Assembly: GCA_041660785.1 (NCBI GenBank)
Contig: JBAZVQ010000001.1
Location: forward strand, 689,538 to 753,537
Direction of reading: 5' to 3'
Length of the DNA: 64,000 nt
Source: Patescibacteria group bacterium
Lineage (GTDB): Bacteria > Patescibacteriota > Microgenomatia > UBA1406 > GWC2-37-13
The position numbers and the translations under genes are program-made. The stretch's first letter is position 1. Every line of letters starts with the position of its first letter. The notes under the pieces are model-generated. The model did no database searches. It was not told where the DNA came from and saw only the letters and a program-made list of their open reading frames with translations. Shown here piece after piece: positions 26,094 through 34,881 of the stretch.

Positions 26094-27818
26094 ATGTTTA
26101 AACAAGACATTGGATTTTATTTAGGACATGAGAAGGCTGATGGTTTTTCCGGTTTTGTTGACGAAAACAACTTATTTTTGGCGATCGAGATCGAAACGGG
26201 AATCACTCCGGATAAGGGAAGAGAACTAACCTCATTTATAAGAGAGAAGATCAGCGCGATTGTCATCGAGAATTTACAACAATTTGACACCTTTATTTCA
26301 AATATTATCAAGGAAAAAAATCTTCCCTTGGGATTTTCTCTTTCGGCCGGCTATTTAAAGGGAAACATTTTTTATTTAAAATCAATTAATCAAGGCAAGG
26401 TTTATATACGTCGAAATAATAAACTGGCCCTTATAGCCGAAGGTGATCAATCAGCCTCAGGATATATTAAGGAAGAGGATATTTTTGTCTTTACATTTGT
26501 CAAATTTATGAATTTGTTGGGTGAAGAATCAGGTCTAAACCAAAAAATCGACCACAGGCCAATTTCAGAAATAATTGATGAAATTACTCCGGCATTATTG
26601 GCTAAAGATGATCAAGGTACAGCGGCATTGTTTATTAAACTAAAAAAATTAGAGGAGGATGTTAAACCGGTCAATGATTTTTTTGAAAAACCGGGAATTA
26701 AAATGCCCGCATTTAGCTTAAAAGAATTTTATAACCGATTCGGTCAACAAAAAATTCTGACATTCATCACAGTTTTTATTCTGGGGGTAATTTTATTTTG
26801 GAGCGTCGGTCTAGGGTATATGCGTCGCTCACAAGAAAGCAATCAGAAAAAGATTAGCTTAACCCGAGAACTTATAAGTCAAAAATTAGACCAAGCGGAA
26901 CAGGTGTCGTTTTTAAATATGTCTAGCGCTTTGAGTTTGATTGCCGATAGTAAAGATGAAGTTAATAAACTAAAAAAAGAAGTGGGGACAAAGAACGAAA
27001 GGATTATTGGGTTGGATAAAATGATCTCGGATGCCGAAAATAAAATTTTGAAAAAAGAAGAGAAAAATTATACGGAATTTTTTGATCTAACGGTTGATGA
27101 TAAAAATGCCAAGGGAGACAAAATGTATCTTAATGACGGCCGTCTTCTGGTTAGTGATAAAAATAGAGGGGTGTTATATGAGCTCTCACTAGATAAAAAG
27201 TCTTTGGATAAAGACCAGTCTAGTGGAATCAAAACATCTTCTCTGATCGCTTTGTTTGAGGATAAAAAATATTTTTATGTAATGGGCGAAGGTCTTTATC
27301 AAATGGTTGATGGTAAAGTAAAAAAAGTGATTGAGTATGATAAGGATTGGGGAAAGATCGTGGACATGGCAGTTTTCAACGGCAATATCTATTTATTGGA
27401 CCAAGGGAAGGATGGAATTTGGAAATATATGAGCGCGCAGTCTGGGTTTGGTGGCAAGAACTCATATTTTGAACCGGGTCAAACGATTGATCTGTCTCAA
27501 GTCAATTCTCTATCGATAGATGGTTCAGTTTATTTGGCCGGGGATTCGGTTATGTTCAAATATACTTCAGGTTTAAGAGATGAGTTTAAAACCAATCTAC
27601 CGGATAGCAATGTTAACATAAATAAAATATTCACCAACAAGGATTCGGGAAAAGTTTATGGGTGGGATAAAAGTCGGGGGACGATTTATATAATGGGTAA
27701 GAATGGAGATTATCAAGAGCAGGTGAACGCGAAAATATTATCTACTGGGACAGACTTCGTGGTATATAAGGATGAGGTTTATATACTTCTGGGAAGTAAA
27801 ATTTATAAGATAAAATGA
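26094..27818 (+). CDS. Hypothetical single-pass membrane protein, C-terminal repeat/beta-propeller-like ectodomain
   Basis: Central TM ILTFITVFILGVILFWSVGLGY. C-terminal repeated hydrophobic-Gly/Asp strands (YLLDQGKDGIWKY, VYLAGDSVMFKY, IYIMGKNGDY). Confidence 0.55.
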   Translation: MFKQDIGFYLGHEKADGFSGFVDENNLFLAIEIETGITPDKGRELTSFIREKISAIVIENLQQFDTFISNIIKEKNLPLGFSLSAGYLKGNIFYLKSINQGKVYIRRNNKLALIAEGDQSASGYIKEEDIFVFTFVKFMNLLGEESGLNQKIDHRPISEIIDEITPALLAKDDQGTAALFIKLKKLEEDVKPVNDFFEKPGIKMPAFSLKEFYNRFGQQKILTFITVFILGVILFWSVGLGYMRRSQESNQKKISLTRELISQKLDQAEQVSFLNMSSALSLIADSKDEVNKLKKEVGTKNERIIGLDKMISDAENKILKKEEKNYTEFFDLTVDDKNAKGDKMYLNDGRLLVSDKNRGVLYELSLDKKSLDKDQSSGIKTSSLIALFEDKKYFYVMGEGLYQMVDGKVKKVIEYDKDWGKIVDMAVFNGNIYLLDQGKDGIWKYMSAQSGFGGKNSYFEPGQTIDLSQVNSLSIDGSVYLAGDSVMFKYTSGLRDEFKTNLPDSNVNINKIFTNKDSGKVYGWDKSRGTIYIMGKNGDYQEQVNAKILSTGTDFVVYKDEVYILLGSKIYKIK

Positions 27819-28585
27819 ATTATTTAGTGAAAAAACTGATCTTAATTAAATTAGGTGGGTCGTTGATCACCGATAAAACAAAGATCAACGTAGCAAGACA
27901 TGAAGTCATAGAAAACCTGGTAAAACAGGTAAAGGAAATTATTGAAAATAGTAAAGACCTGTCATTAATTATTGCCACAGGTGCAGGGGGATTCGGGCAT
28001 CCGGTGGCCAAAAAATACGAAAATAATTTGGAAGAGGGGTTACCTTTTATTAAAAAAGCCGTCAAGGAAATCAATCAGATCGTTGTTGATTCATTAAATA
28101 GCGAAGGGATAAAATCAGTGTCAATTGAACCATCAAAAATAGCCGAGTATGAAAATGGGAAGATTGTTTCATTGTTAGATTGTTCAATTGTTAAATTGTT
28201 GGAGAATAACATTGTTCCTGTATTTCATGCCGATTTGGTCAATGACAAAAAATTAGGAATTTCAATTTTATCGATGGATAGATTTATGGTTGATATGGCC
28301 ATTGATCTAAAAAATAGTGGTCATGCTGTTGAAAAAGTTATTTTTTGTGGAACGACCGATGGCGTCCTTGATAATAATGGAAAAACTATCGATAAAATTA
28401 ATAGAGAAAACTATTTAAAGATAAAATCATACTTTTATGACAATAAAGAAGTCGATACTTCTGGAGGAATGAAGAGTAAGGTTGAAGAATGCCTCAAACT
28501 GATCGATGAAAAAATTCCTTGTGTGATTATAAACGGACAAAAAATAAACGAATTAACAGGAAGGACTCTTATTGTCCAAGAGTAG
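27815..28585 (+). CDS. Isopentenyl phosphate kinase (amino-acid-kinase fold)
   Basis: IKLGGSLITDK, GAGGFGHPVAKKY and DTSGGMKSKV match the archaeal IPK signature (LGGS..DK, GGG.FGHP.AKKY, D.TGGM). ATGA overlap with the upstream gene. Confidence 0.85.
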   Translation: MNYLVKKLILIKLGGSLITDKTKINVARHEVIENLVKQVKEIIENSKDLSLIIATGAGGFGHPVAKKYENNLEEGLPFIKKAVKEINQIVVDSLNSEGIKSVSIEPSKIAEYENGKIVSLLDCSIVKLLENNIVPVFHADLVNDKKLGISILSMDRFMVDMAIDLKNSGHAVEKVIFCGTTDGVLDNNGKTIDKINRENYLKIKSYFYDNKEVDTSGGMKSKVEECLKLIDEKIPCVIINGQKINELTGRTLIVQE

Positions 28586-28955
28586 GTAATTTGATTTCAA
28601 ATCCGTTTCCATCAGGATCAGGGCGAATTATTTTCAAAACATCTCCAGCTAAAACATTGAATATAGTCAAAACGATAAAAACCAAAAGTATTCCAATTAA
28701 TGCATTGGTAATTTTAGCCTGAGCTTTAGTTAGTCTTTCTTTATCTCCATTAGAAACAATCCAATCAAATGCTCCCCAGAGGAGATAAAGGATCAAAAAC
28801 ATCCCGGCGACGAGGATGAACATTTGGATCCCAAAACCGATAAAGTTTCCCAATCCCTGAGCGGGATCATTACCACCAAGATTCATGGCGGCTGGTGGAG
28901 AGATACCGCCAAACAAGGCGTCAATTGCAGGGTCATTTTGTGTTAGTAATTTCAT
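28569..28955 (-). CDS. TrbC/VirB2-like (T4SS-type) pilin paralog P1
   Basis: Two-TM hairpin with the shared motif WGAFDWIVSNGDKERLTKAQAKITNALIGILL. Confidence 0.65.
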   Translation of the reverse strand: MKLLTQNDPAIDALFGGISPPAAMNLGGNDPAQGLGNFIGFGIQMFILVAGMFLILYLLWGAFDWIVSNGDKERLTKAQAKITNALIGILLVFIVLTIFNVLAGDVLKIIRPDPDGNGFEIKLPTLGQ

Positions 28956-29248
28956 TTCGGTAAAATATTAGTTTTTAGGACAACTCCTAATAATTGGACG
29001 GCTAAAAAACTGGCTACAACAATGATCAGGCCTAGGACAGCATTTGTAATTGCGGCATAGGCTTTTTTTAAGGCATCAGGATTATCTCCATTCGTCAAGA
29101 TATCAAAAGCAGCCTTAAGGGTGATTACTAAAAAAATCAACCCGGCACCAGTCAATGCCAAAGGCAAAGCAAGATTTAAAAGTTGACCAACATTCGCCAC
29201 TTTAGCAGCCGGAAAACTGGTGGAATTAATGGTAAAAGCGTAGACCAT
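28952..29248 (-). CDS. TrbC/VirB2-like pilin paralog P2
   Basis: KAAFDILTNGDNPDALKKAYAAITNAVLGLII. ATG 29248 preferred over TTG 29254. 4-nt overlap with P1. Confidence 0.65.
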   Translation of the reverse strand: MVYAFTINSTSFPAAKVANVGQLLNLALPLALTGAGLIFLVITLKAAFDILTNGDNPDALKKAYAAITNAVLGLIIVVASFLAVQLLGVVLKTNILPK

Positions 29249-29275
29249 GATCAAATTATAAGCTATAATTATTCT

Positions 29276-30319
29276 ATGTTCAATCCTACTTTTGTCATTA
29301 CCAATAAAATATTAATCAACATTTCCAAAATCGAAGCAGCAGAAGAAGTGATCAAGCATTCTCCTCTTTTACCGCTCTGGGAAAAACAGTTTAAAGAAGA
29401 AGCTCTTATTAGATCGGCTTATCACGGGACACATATTGAAGGTAATAATCTTCACAAAGATGATGCTAAGGATATTCTTATGGGAAAAGACGTTATCGGT
29501 CGACCACGTGACATTCAAGAAATTATCAACTATCGAAAAGTAATCGAGTTTATCGATGACGAGGCCAACAAAAAAATTGATAAAATTTCCGAGCAAATAA
29601 TCAAGAAACTTCATCGGATCTTGACCGATAAAATTTTACCGCCGGATGGACTGGGAGAATATAGAACTAAACAAGTAATTATCAGGAATTCAGCCAATGG
29701 CGAAGTGACCTTTCGACCCCCGCCACCGATTGAAGTACCATTTTTGATGAGGGAATTTATCTATTGGTTGAACCGTGATGACAAAGATAAATTACATCCG
29801 GTTTTGAAAGCGGGGATCGCCCATCATGAACTGGTTCGTATTCATCCATTTTTAGATGGTAATGGTCGAGCTTCTCGAGTTTTGGCCACTTTAATTTTAT
29901 TTTTGGGGGGCTATGATATTAGACGATTTTTTTCTCTTGAAGAATATTATGATAAAGATGCGATCACCTATTATCAAAACTTACAAAAGGCTTCGGCGGG
30001 GGATCTGACCAGTTGGCTAGAATATTTTACGTCTGGTGCAGGGATAGAATTTGAAAAAGTAAAAGAAAAGATCTTAAAATTATCTAAAGACGTTAAATTA
30101 AAGGAAAAATTTGGTGGTCAACAGATATTTTTAACGGAAAGACAGATGAAGATGATCGAATATATTCAGGAAATAGGTTATATACAAAATCAGACTTTTG
30201 GTGATGTTTTTCCTGATGTTTCTGAAGATACAGTTTTGCGGGATCTTCAGGATTTGATAAAAAAGGGTTTACTTAAAAAAATCGGCAGCACTAAATCGGC
30301 TCGTTATGTTATGGTTTAA
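29276..30319 (+). CDS. Fic-domain protein (AMPylase family) with C-terminal winged-helix
   Basis: Canonical Fic motif HPFLDGNGRASR. Start moved to ATG 29276 (MFNPTFVITNK), which has a TATAAT 6 nt upstream. The longer ORF from 29183 overlaps P2. Confidence 0.88.
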   Translation: MFNPTFVITNKILINISKIEAAEEVIKHSPLLPLWEKQFKEEALIRSAYHGTHIEGNNLHKDDAKDILMGKDVIGRPRDIQEIINYRKVIEFIDDEANKKIDKISEQIIKKLHRILTDKILPPDGLGEYRTKQVIIRNSANGEVTFRPPPPIEVPFLMREFIYWLNRDDKDKLHPVLKAGIAHHELVRIHPFLDGNGRASRVLATLILFLGGYDIRRFFSLEEYYDKDAITYYQNLQKASAGDLTSWLEYFTSGAGIEFEKVKEKILKLSKDVKLKEKFGGQQIFLTERQMKMIEYIQEIGYIQNQTFGDVFPDVSEDTVLRDLQDLIKKGLLKKIGSTKSARYVMV

Positions 30320-30322
30320 TTT

Positions 30323-32062
30323 ATGAAATTTTCAGAACTTGCTAAATATTTTGAAAGGATTGAGAAAAACTCGTCCCGCCTGGAAATCACGAGAATTTTA
30401 GCAGAATTATTTAAGTCGTTAAGCGCTGATGAAATAGGAAAAGTGGTTTATCTGCTTCAGGGAAGAGTCGGACCTGCTTATGAAGGAATAGATTTTGGCA
30501 TGGCAGAGAGAACTATCATTAAATCGGCCATGTCCGCCCTCAACATTGACCGAAATTATTTTGAAAAAGAGTTTAAAAAGAGTGGAGATCTTGGGGCAAC
30601 GGTTGAAAACTTCAAAAAGCTATATACTTCTTTTGAAGAAAAAGATATGGAAGTGTTGGTGGTTTATAATTATTTTTATCGATTAGCAACGGCTTCAGGT
30701 AACGGCTCCCAGGAAATTAAGACTAGTTTACTGTCACAACTTATTCGTCAGCTTGATCCACTATCCGGACGTTATTTGGTCCGCCTACCGACCGGGATAA
30801 TTCGTCTGGGATTTTCCGATATGACTATATTGGATGCCTATTCTTGGATGTTAAAGGATGATAAAAGTTTACGTCCCACCATTGAAACTGCCTATCATGT
30901 TAGGCCAGATCTGGGATTTATTGGAAAAACTTTAAAGGAAAAAGGGATTGAAGGATTAAAAAAAATAGAGCCGAAAATTTTTACCCCAATCATCATGATG
31001 AAGGCAGAAAGAATGTCATCGGCCAAGGAAATAATTAAACAAATAGGTAGATGTTTGGTCGAGCCAAAGTTTGATGGATTTAGGTTACAAATACATTATT
31101 TAAGGTCCGACCCTAAAGGGACGGACCTTCCTAAAGTTAAATTATTCTCCAGAAGTCTTGAGGATGTGACTTTTATGTATCCCGATATCGTTGAAGGGGT
31201 GAAAAAAGAAGTTAAAGCGGATGAATTAATAATTGAAGGAGAGGCGATTGGTTATAATCCAAAGACGGGTGAGTTTCTTCCGTTTCAAGAAACTGTTCAA
31301 CGTAAACGAAAATATGATATTGGAGCGAAGGCAATAGAAGTACCTTTAAAACTTTTTGCATTTGAACTTTTATATTTAAATGGAATAAATTTTATTAAAC
31401 TTCCGTTTATTGAACGCCGACACGCACTTGAAAAGGTGACTGTAAAAAATAAAGATATTAGTAAGCAAATAATTGTCGTTGACCACCAGGAAGAGGTGGA
31501 TAAAGAAGATAGGTTAGAACAAATTTTTGATAAGGCAATTGCCAAAAAACTAGAAGGGGTGATTGCCAAAAAAATTGACGGGATCTATCAACCGGGTGCC
31601 CGGGGGTGGAACTGGATTAAATACAAAAGAAGCTATTCTTCTAAGATTAATGACACTATCGACTGTCTTGTGATGGGATACGACTTTGGGAAAGGTAAAA
31701 GAACAGATTTTGGTCTTGGAGCGTTTTTGGTTGGAGTAAGAGATGAAAAACAGGATAAGTTTGTAACAGTGGCAAAAATTGGAACAGGATTAACAGATGA
31801 GGAATGGAAAGAATTAAAAATTAAGAGTGAAAAGTTAATAGTTAAAGAAAAACCGAATAATTATTTAGTTGATCATCAAGCTAATTGTGATATTTGGATA
31901 GCGCCTAAAATTGTCGTAGAGATCAAGGCCGATGAAATAACTAAATCTCCGACTCACACCGCAGGTTTAGCACTGCGTTTTCCAAGACTCGAACGATTCC
32001 GTGACGATAAAAAACCAGAAGACGTGACTACGTTGGAAGAACTTCAAAATATGACTCGTTAA
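30323..32062 (+). CDS. lig: ATP-dependent DNA ligase, archaeal/eukaryotic Lig1-like three-domain type
   Basis: N-terminal DNA-binding domain, adenylation motif I EPKFDGFR, EGEAIG, LEGVIAKK, OB-fold domain with LRFPR. Confidence 0.9.
   Translation: MKFSELAKYFERIEKNSSRLEITRILAELFKSLSADEIGKVVYLLQGRVGPAYEGIDFGMAERTIIKSAMSALNIDRNYFEKEFKKSGDLGATVENFKKLYTSFEEKDMEVLVVYNYFYRLATASGNGSQEIKTSLLSQLIRQLDPLSGRYLVRLPTGIIRLGFSDMTILDAYSWMLKDDKSLRPTIETAYHVRPDLGFIGKTLKEKGIEGLKKIEPKIFTPIIMMKAERMSSAKEIIKQIGRCLVEPKFDGFRLQIHYLRSDPKGTDLPKVKLFSRSLEDVTFMYPDIVEGVKKEVKADELIIEGEAIGYNPKTGEFLPFQETVQRKRKYDIGAKAIEVPLKLFAFELLYLNGINFIKLPFIERRHALEKVTVKNKDISKQIIVVDHQEEVDKEDRLEQIFDKAIAKKLEGVIAKKIDGIYQPGARGWNWIKYKRSYSSKINDTIDCLVMGYDFGKGKRTDFGLGAFLVGVRDEKQDKFVTVAKIGTGLTDEEWKELKIKSEKLIVKEKPNNYLVDHQANCDIWIAPKIVVEIKADEITKSPTHTAGLALRFPRLERFRDDKKPEDVTTLEELQNMTR
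31100..31129. repeat. Hairpin mini-repeat copy 1, in frame inside the ligase gene
   Basis: TTAAGGTCCGACCCTAAAGGGACGGACCTT. AAGGTCCG and CGGACCTT are exact complements. Encodes LRSDPKGTDL. Confidence 0.7.
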
Positions 32063-32092
32063 TTAAGGTCCGACCTTAAAAGAACGAACCTT
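32063..32092. repeat. Hairpin mini-repeat copy 2, intergenic (terminator position)
   Basis: TTAAGGTCCGACCTTAAAAGAACGAACCTT, 26/30 identical to copy 1. Starts 1 nt after the ligase stop and touches the stop of the convergent GT2 gene. Confidence 0.65.
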
Positions 32093-32777
32093 ATACTAAA
32101 TGACGGTGGGAGTAGAACATTTTAAAGAATCTGATCGTGTATTCCCCAAAAAATGAAGCTGGGTTGTTTATAATTCTTCTCGCCGAAGAAGCAACAACAG
32201 TGTTTCCGTCATGATAGATCTTTCCGTATTTTCTTATATGTAGAGTAAGGTCGATGTCTTCATGAACGTTTTTATCTTCAAAACAAATATCATCTTTTAC
32301 CTTATTCCAAATGGTTTTTTTGATTGCAAGCCCCGGGCCAATCATGGGATAAACGCCTATCAACAACCTTGGAACAAGCATGTAGATATAAAAAAGCATT
32401 TTAAAATGTTTTAGAACTGGAACGCTGTTTAGCCTAATAGGCATAGATATTGCCACTATTGAAGTGTCTCGATAAAAATCATTTTTAATATTTTTTATCC
32501 AATTTGAGGGTAGTACCGTATCGGCATCACAACGGGCAATAATATCTCCAGAAGCTTTATTAAAGCCTGCATTGCGAGTAGGAGTAATCCCTTGTTTTTT
32601 TTCTTGGATTAATATAACTTTTTTATATTTTTTTACGATTCCAATTGTTTTATCTGATGAGTTATTGTCAACAACAATTATTTCGTCAGGTTTTTCTTCT
32701 TGACTCATCAAAGAATCAAGGCAATTTGCAATTCTTTTTTCTTCATTATAAGCCGGTATAACAACCGATATTTTCAT
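32091..32777 (-). CDS. Family-2 glycosyltransferase
   Basis: ISVVIPAYNEE, VVDNNSSDKT, DAD motif (RCDADT). Confidence 0.88.
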   Translation of the reverse strand: MKISVVIPAYNEEKRIANCLDSLMSQEEKPDEIIVVDNNSSDKTIGIVKKYKKVILIQEKKQGITPTRNAGFNKASGDIIARCDADTVLPSNWIKNIKNDFYRDTSIVAISMPIRLNSVPVLKHFKMLFYIYMLVPRLLIGVYPMIGPGLAIKKTIWNKVKDDICFEDKNVHEDIDLTLHIRKYGKIYHDGNTVVASSARRIINNPASFFGEYTIRFFKMFYSHRHLV

Positions 32778-32812
32778 ACTCTAATTTTACCAAATGTTAT
32801 AATATAAGCAGT

Positions 32813-33640
32813 ATGAAACCATTTTTTTCTGTAATTATTTCCACCCTCAACGAAGAGAAATGTTTGCCAATATTACTTGAAGATCTGAACAAACAAAAAA
32901 CAAAGGATTTTGAATTAATAGTTGTTGATGGTGGATCTTCTGATAAAACCGTTTCCGTGGCAAATAAGAACAAAAATAATTTTATTAAATATAAACTTAT
33001 TAAAAGCGATAAACAGAACCTAAGCTACCAAAGAAACTTGGGTGCACAAAAAAGCGCTGGAAGATTTCTGATTTTTCTCGACGCAGATATCAGAATTAAA
33101 ACTGACTATTTATCAACTATAAAAAAAGTGATAGAAAAGAAATCCTTTTTATTTTTGACCACATACCAATATGATGATTCAGACAACTTAAACAAGTTTT
33201 TAGTACAAGTAACTAATTATTCTTTAGAACTATTAAAATTAATCGGTAAGCAAATGGCCCCAGGGTATAACTTTATAATCCTAAAAGAGGTTTTTGAGAG
33301 GTTGGGAGGTTTTAATGAGAAAACAACCATGAGCGAAGATCATGATTTGAGTATCAGGATTCAACAGGCAGGAGTAAAAATTAACATTATTCCAAAACAA
33401 CTACTTAAATGGTCGTTTAGAAGAATCAAAAAGGACGGATATATACCAATATTGTTTAAGTATGGGATTGCGACATTTCACTCTTTGGTTCTTGGAGAGA
33501 TAACAGATAAAAAATTAGGATATCAAATGGGAGGTCAATATTTTATCGCTGAAGAAGAAGTTAAATCAAACAAAAAAATACAAAAAGAAATAAAAAAATA
33601 TTATTCAAAAATAACCAAGGCATTCAATAAAATTTTTTAA
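32813..33640 (+). CDS. Family-2 glycosyltransferase
   Basis: FSVIISTLNEE, VVDGGSSDKT, FLDADI, SEDHDL. TGtTATAAT box 9 nt upstream of the ATG. Confidence 0.88.
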   Translation: MKPFFSVIISTLNEEKCLPILLEDLNKQKTKDFELIVVDGGSSDKTVSVANKNKNNFIKYKLIKSDKQNLSYQRNLGAQKSAGRFLIFLDADIRIKTDYLSTIKKVIEKKSFLFLTTYQYDDSDNLNKFLVQVTNYSLELLKLIGKQMAPGYNFIILKEVFERLGGFNEKTTMSEDHDLSIRIQQAGVKINIIPKQLLKWSFRRIKKDGYIPILFKYGIATFHSLVLGEITDKKLGYQMGGQYFIAEEEVKSNKKIQKEIKKYYSKITKAFNKIF

Positions 33641-34422
33641 ATTTCAAAATTAGAAATAATAGGGTAGTGGTCAGAGAAACGAACTTCAATTCGTTCTGTT
33701 TTGGAAAGCTTTATTCCCCGGTAATAGATATAGTCATATTTCATCTGATTTCCAAAAAAATGATTAATATTTCTAGCTAAAAAACCCTGTAAAAAAGAAA
33801 AGTTTTCCTTTTTACCATGAGGAGAGAAATCAACAGTCTGCTTAATATTTTTTGTTGCTTCTATTAAATTGTATTTTTTCATAATATTATCTAGTTTTTT
33901 ACGTTGATACGGTACGTAATTGAAATCTCCAGTAATAATTAATGGAATTTTAGAGTTGATATTTAATGAACTCAGTGCTTTGTCAATATGAAAGACTCGG
34001 ACTGAATTTGGTGCAGCAACAATCAAATGAGAGTTGCAGATGGTAATTTTTTTGTTATCAATTTTACTAATAAAATCAGTTCGAAGGAAAGTCTTAGGTT
34101 TATTAATTCGTAAAATTAGCTGAGGAATCATAAATAATAATTCCAACAGATTGGATCCAATTTTTAATGAATTGGAATTTACAAATTTAAACTTTTTTGG
34201 ATTAAAGTAAGTAGCAACACCAAAAGCATTTCCAAATTTTATAAACGTTCCTGAATAATCAGCCAATTCATAGCCAAATTGTTTAATTATTTTAAGGTTT
34301 TTCATTGAGATATCAACCTCTTGTAAACAAATGATATCTGGAGAACACTGTTTAATTATCTGGTCTAGTTGTTTATATGCCTTATTAAAGAGGGTGTTGT
34401 AGGTAAGAATTGAGAAATTCAT
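33637..34422 (-). CDS. Endonuclease/exonuclease/phosphatase (EEP) family protein
   Basis: ILTYNTLF, CLQEV, GDFNY, SDHYPI. TATAAT box 6 nt upstream of the ATG. Confidence 0.85.
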   Translation of the reverse strand: MNFSILTYNTLFNKAYKQLDQIIKQCSPDIICLQEVDISMKNLKIIKQFGYELADYSGTFIKFGNAFGVATYFNPKKFKFVNSNSLKIGSNLLELLFMIPQLILRINKPKTFLRTDFISKIDNKKITICNSHLIVAAPNSVRVFHIDKALSSLNINSKIPLIITGDFNYVPYQRKKLDNIMKKYNLIEATKNIKQTVDFSPHGKKENFSFLQGFLARNINHFFGNQMKYDYIYYRGIKLSKTERIEVRFSDHYPIISNFEI

Positions 34423-34460
34423 ATATTTATTATACTAAACCTGACCTGAAGTAATTAAAT

Positions 34461-34491
34461 AAAAGTTATCCACCGACTTTGGATAACTTTT
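34461..34491. other. 12-bp perfect stem-loop (AAAAGTTATCCA-N7-TGGATAACTTTT)
   Basis: The arms are exact complements. Contains TTATCCACC, a near DnaA-box 9-mer. Confidence 0.6.
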
Positions 34492-34571
34492 ATTGTTTTG
34501 TTGTAATAATCTAAAACAGTAACTCAATACTATAAGTTGTCCTATAGACTATACCTTTTTACCTATAGGTC

Positions 34572-34600
34572 TTGACAAACAAATTAACTTTGTTTATAGT
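34572..34600 (+). promoter_or_regulatory. Near-consensus sigma-70-type promoter TTGACA-N17-TATAGT
   Basis: TTGACA 34572-34577, 17-nt spacer, TATAGT 34595-34600. Flanked upstream by two CCTATAG elements (34541, 34562). Confidence 0.6.
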
Positions 34601-34607
34601 AAGAGAT

Positions 34608-34760
34608 ATGAATAACATTTTCTTTTCCCAGAAGCCTAATTCGTTTAGTTTTAAAACTAAATATCAAAAGAAGAACGAGTTAATTAGTTTTGTTGCTGAT
34701 CAATTCAAAAAATTAGCTAAGAAGAACTTAAGTATTCCGGTAACCTTATATCATTTATAA
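34608..34760 (+). CDS. Small basic protein (50 aa), candidate leaderless ORF
   Basis: ATG lies 7 nt after the -10 box. Product MNNIFFSQKPNSFSFKTKYQKKNELISFVADQFKKLAKKNLSIPVTLYHL. No homolog recognised. The track ORF from 34572 starts inside the -35 box. Confidence 0.4.
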   Translation: MNNIFFSQKPNSFSFKTKYQKKNELISFVADQFKKLAKKNLSIPVTLYHL

Positions 34761-34853
34761 GGACAAAAAAGAGCATCACTACCGCTCGTATTTGAGGGAA
34801 CGACGTATAGTAATGCTCGGTATTACGATAGCAAAAAAAAATCGGTTTGTCAA

Positions 34854-34874
34854 CCCCGCCACAAGCGGGGTTTT
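34854..34874. terminator. GC-rich hairpin terminator (CCCCGC-CACAA-GCGGGG + TTTT), possibly bidirectional
   Basis: T-tract follows on the plus strand. An A-run lies upstream at 34832-34840. It is 8 nt beyond the stop of the minus-strand gene 34882-37038. Confidence 0.7.
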
Positions 34875-34881
34875 GCGTATA

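Noticed and set aside
34461-34491. Inverted pair of DnaA-box-like 9-mers (TTATCCACC and TTGGATAAC), considered as a replication origin.
   Set aside because: There are only two imperfect boxes, no dnaA or dnaN nearby and no AT-rich unwinding repeats. It is more simply a stem-loop in the EEP gene upstream region.
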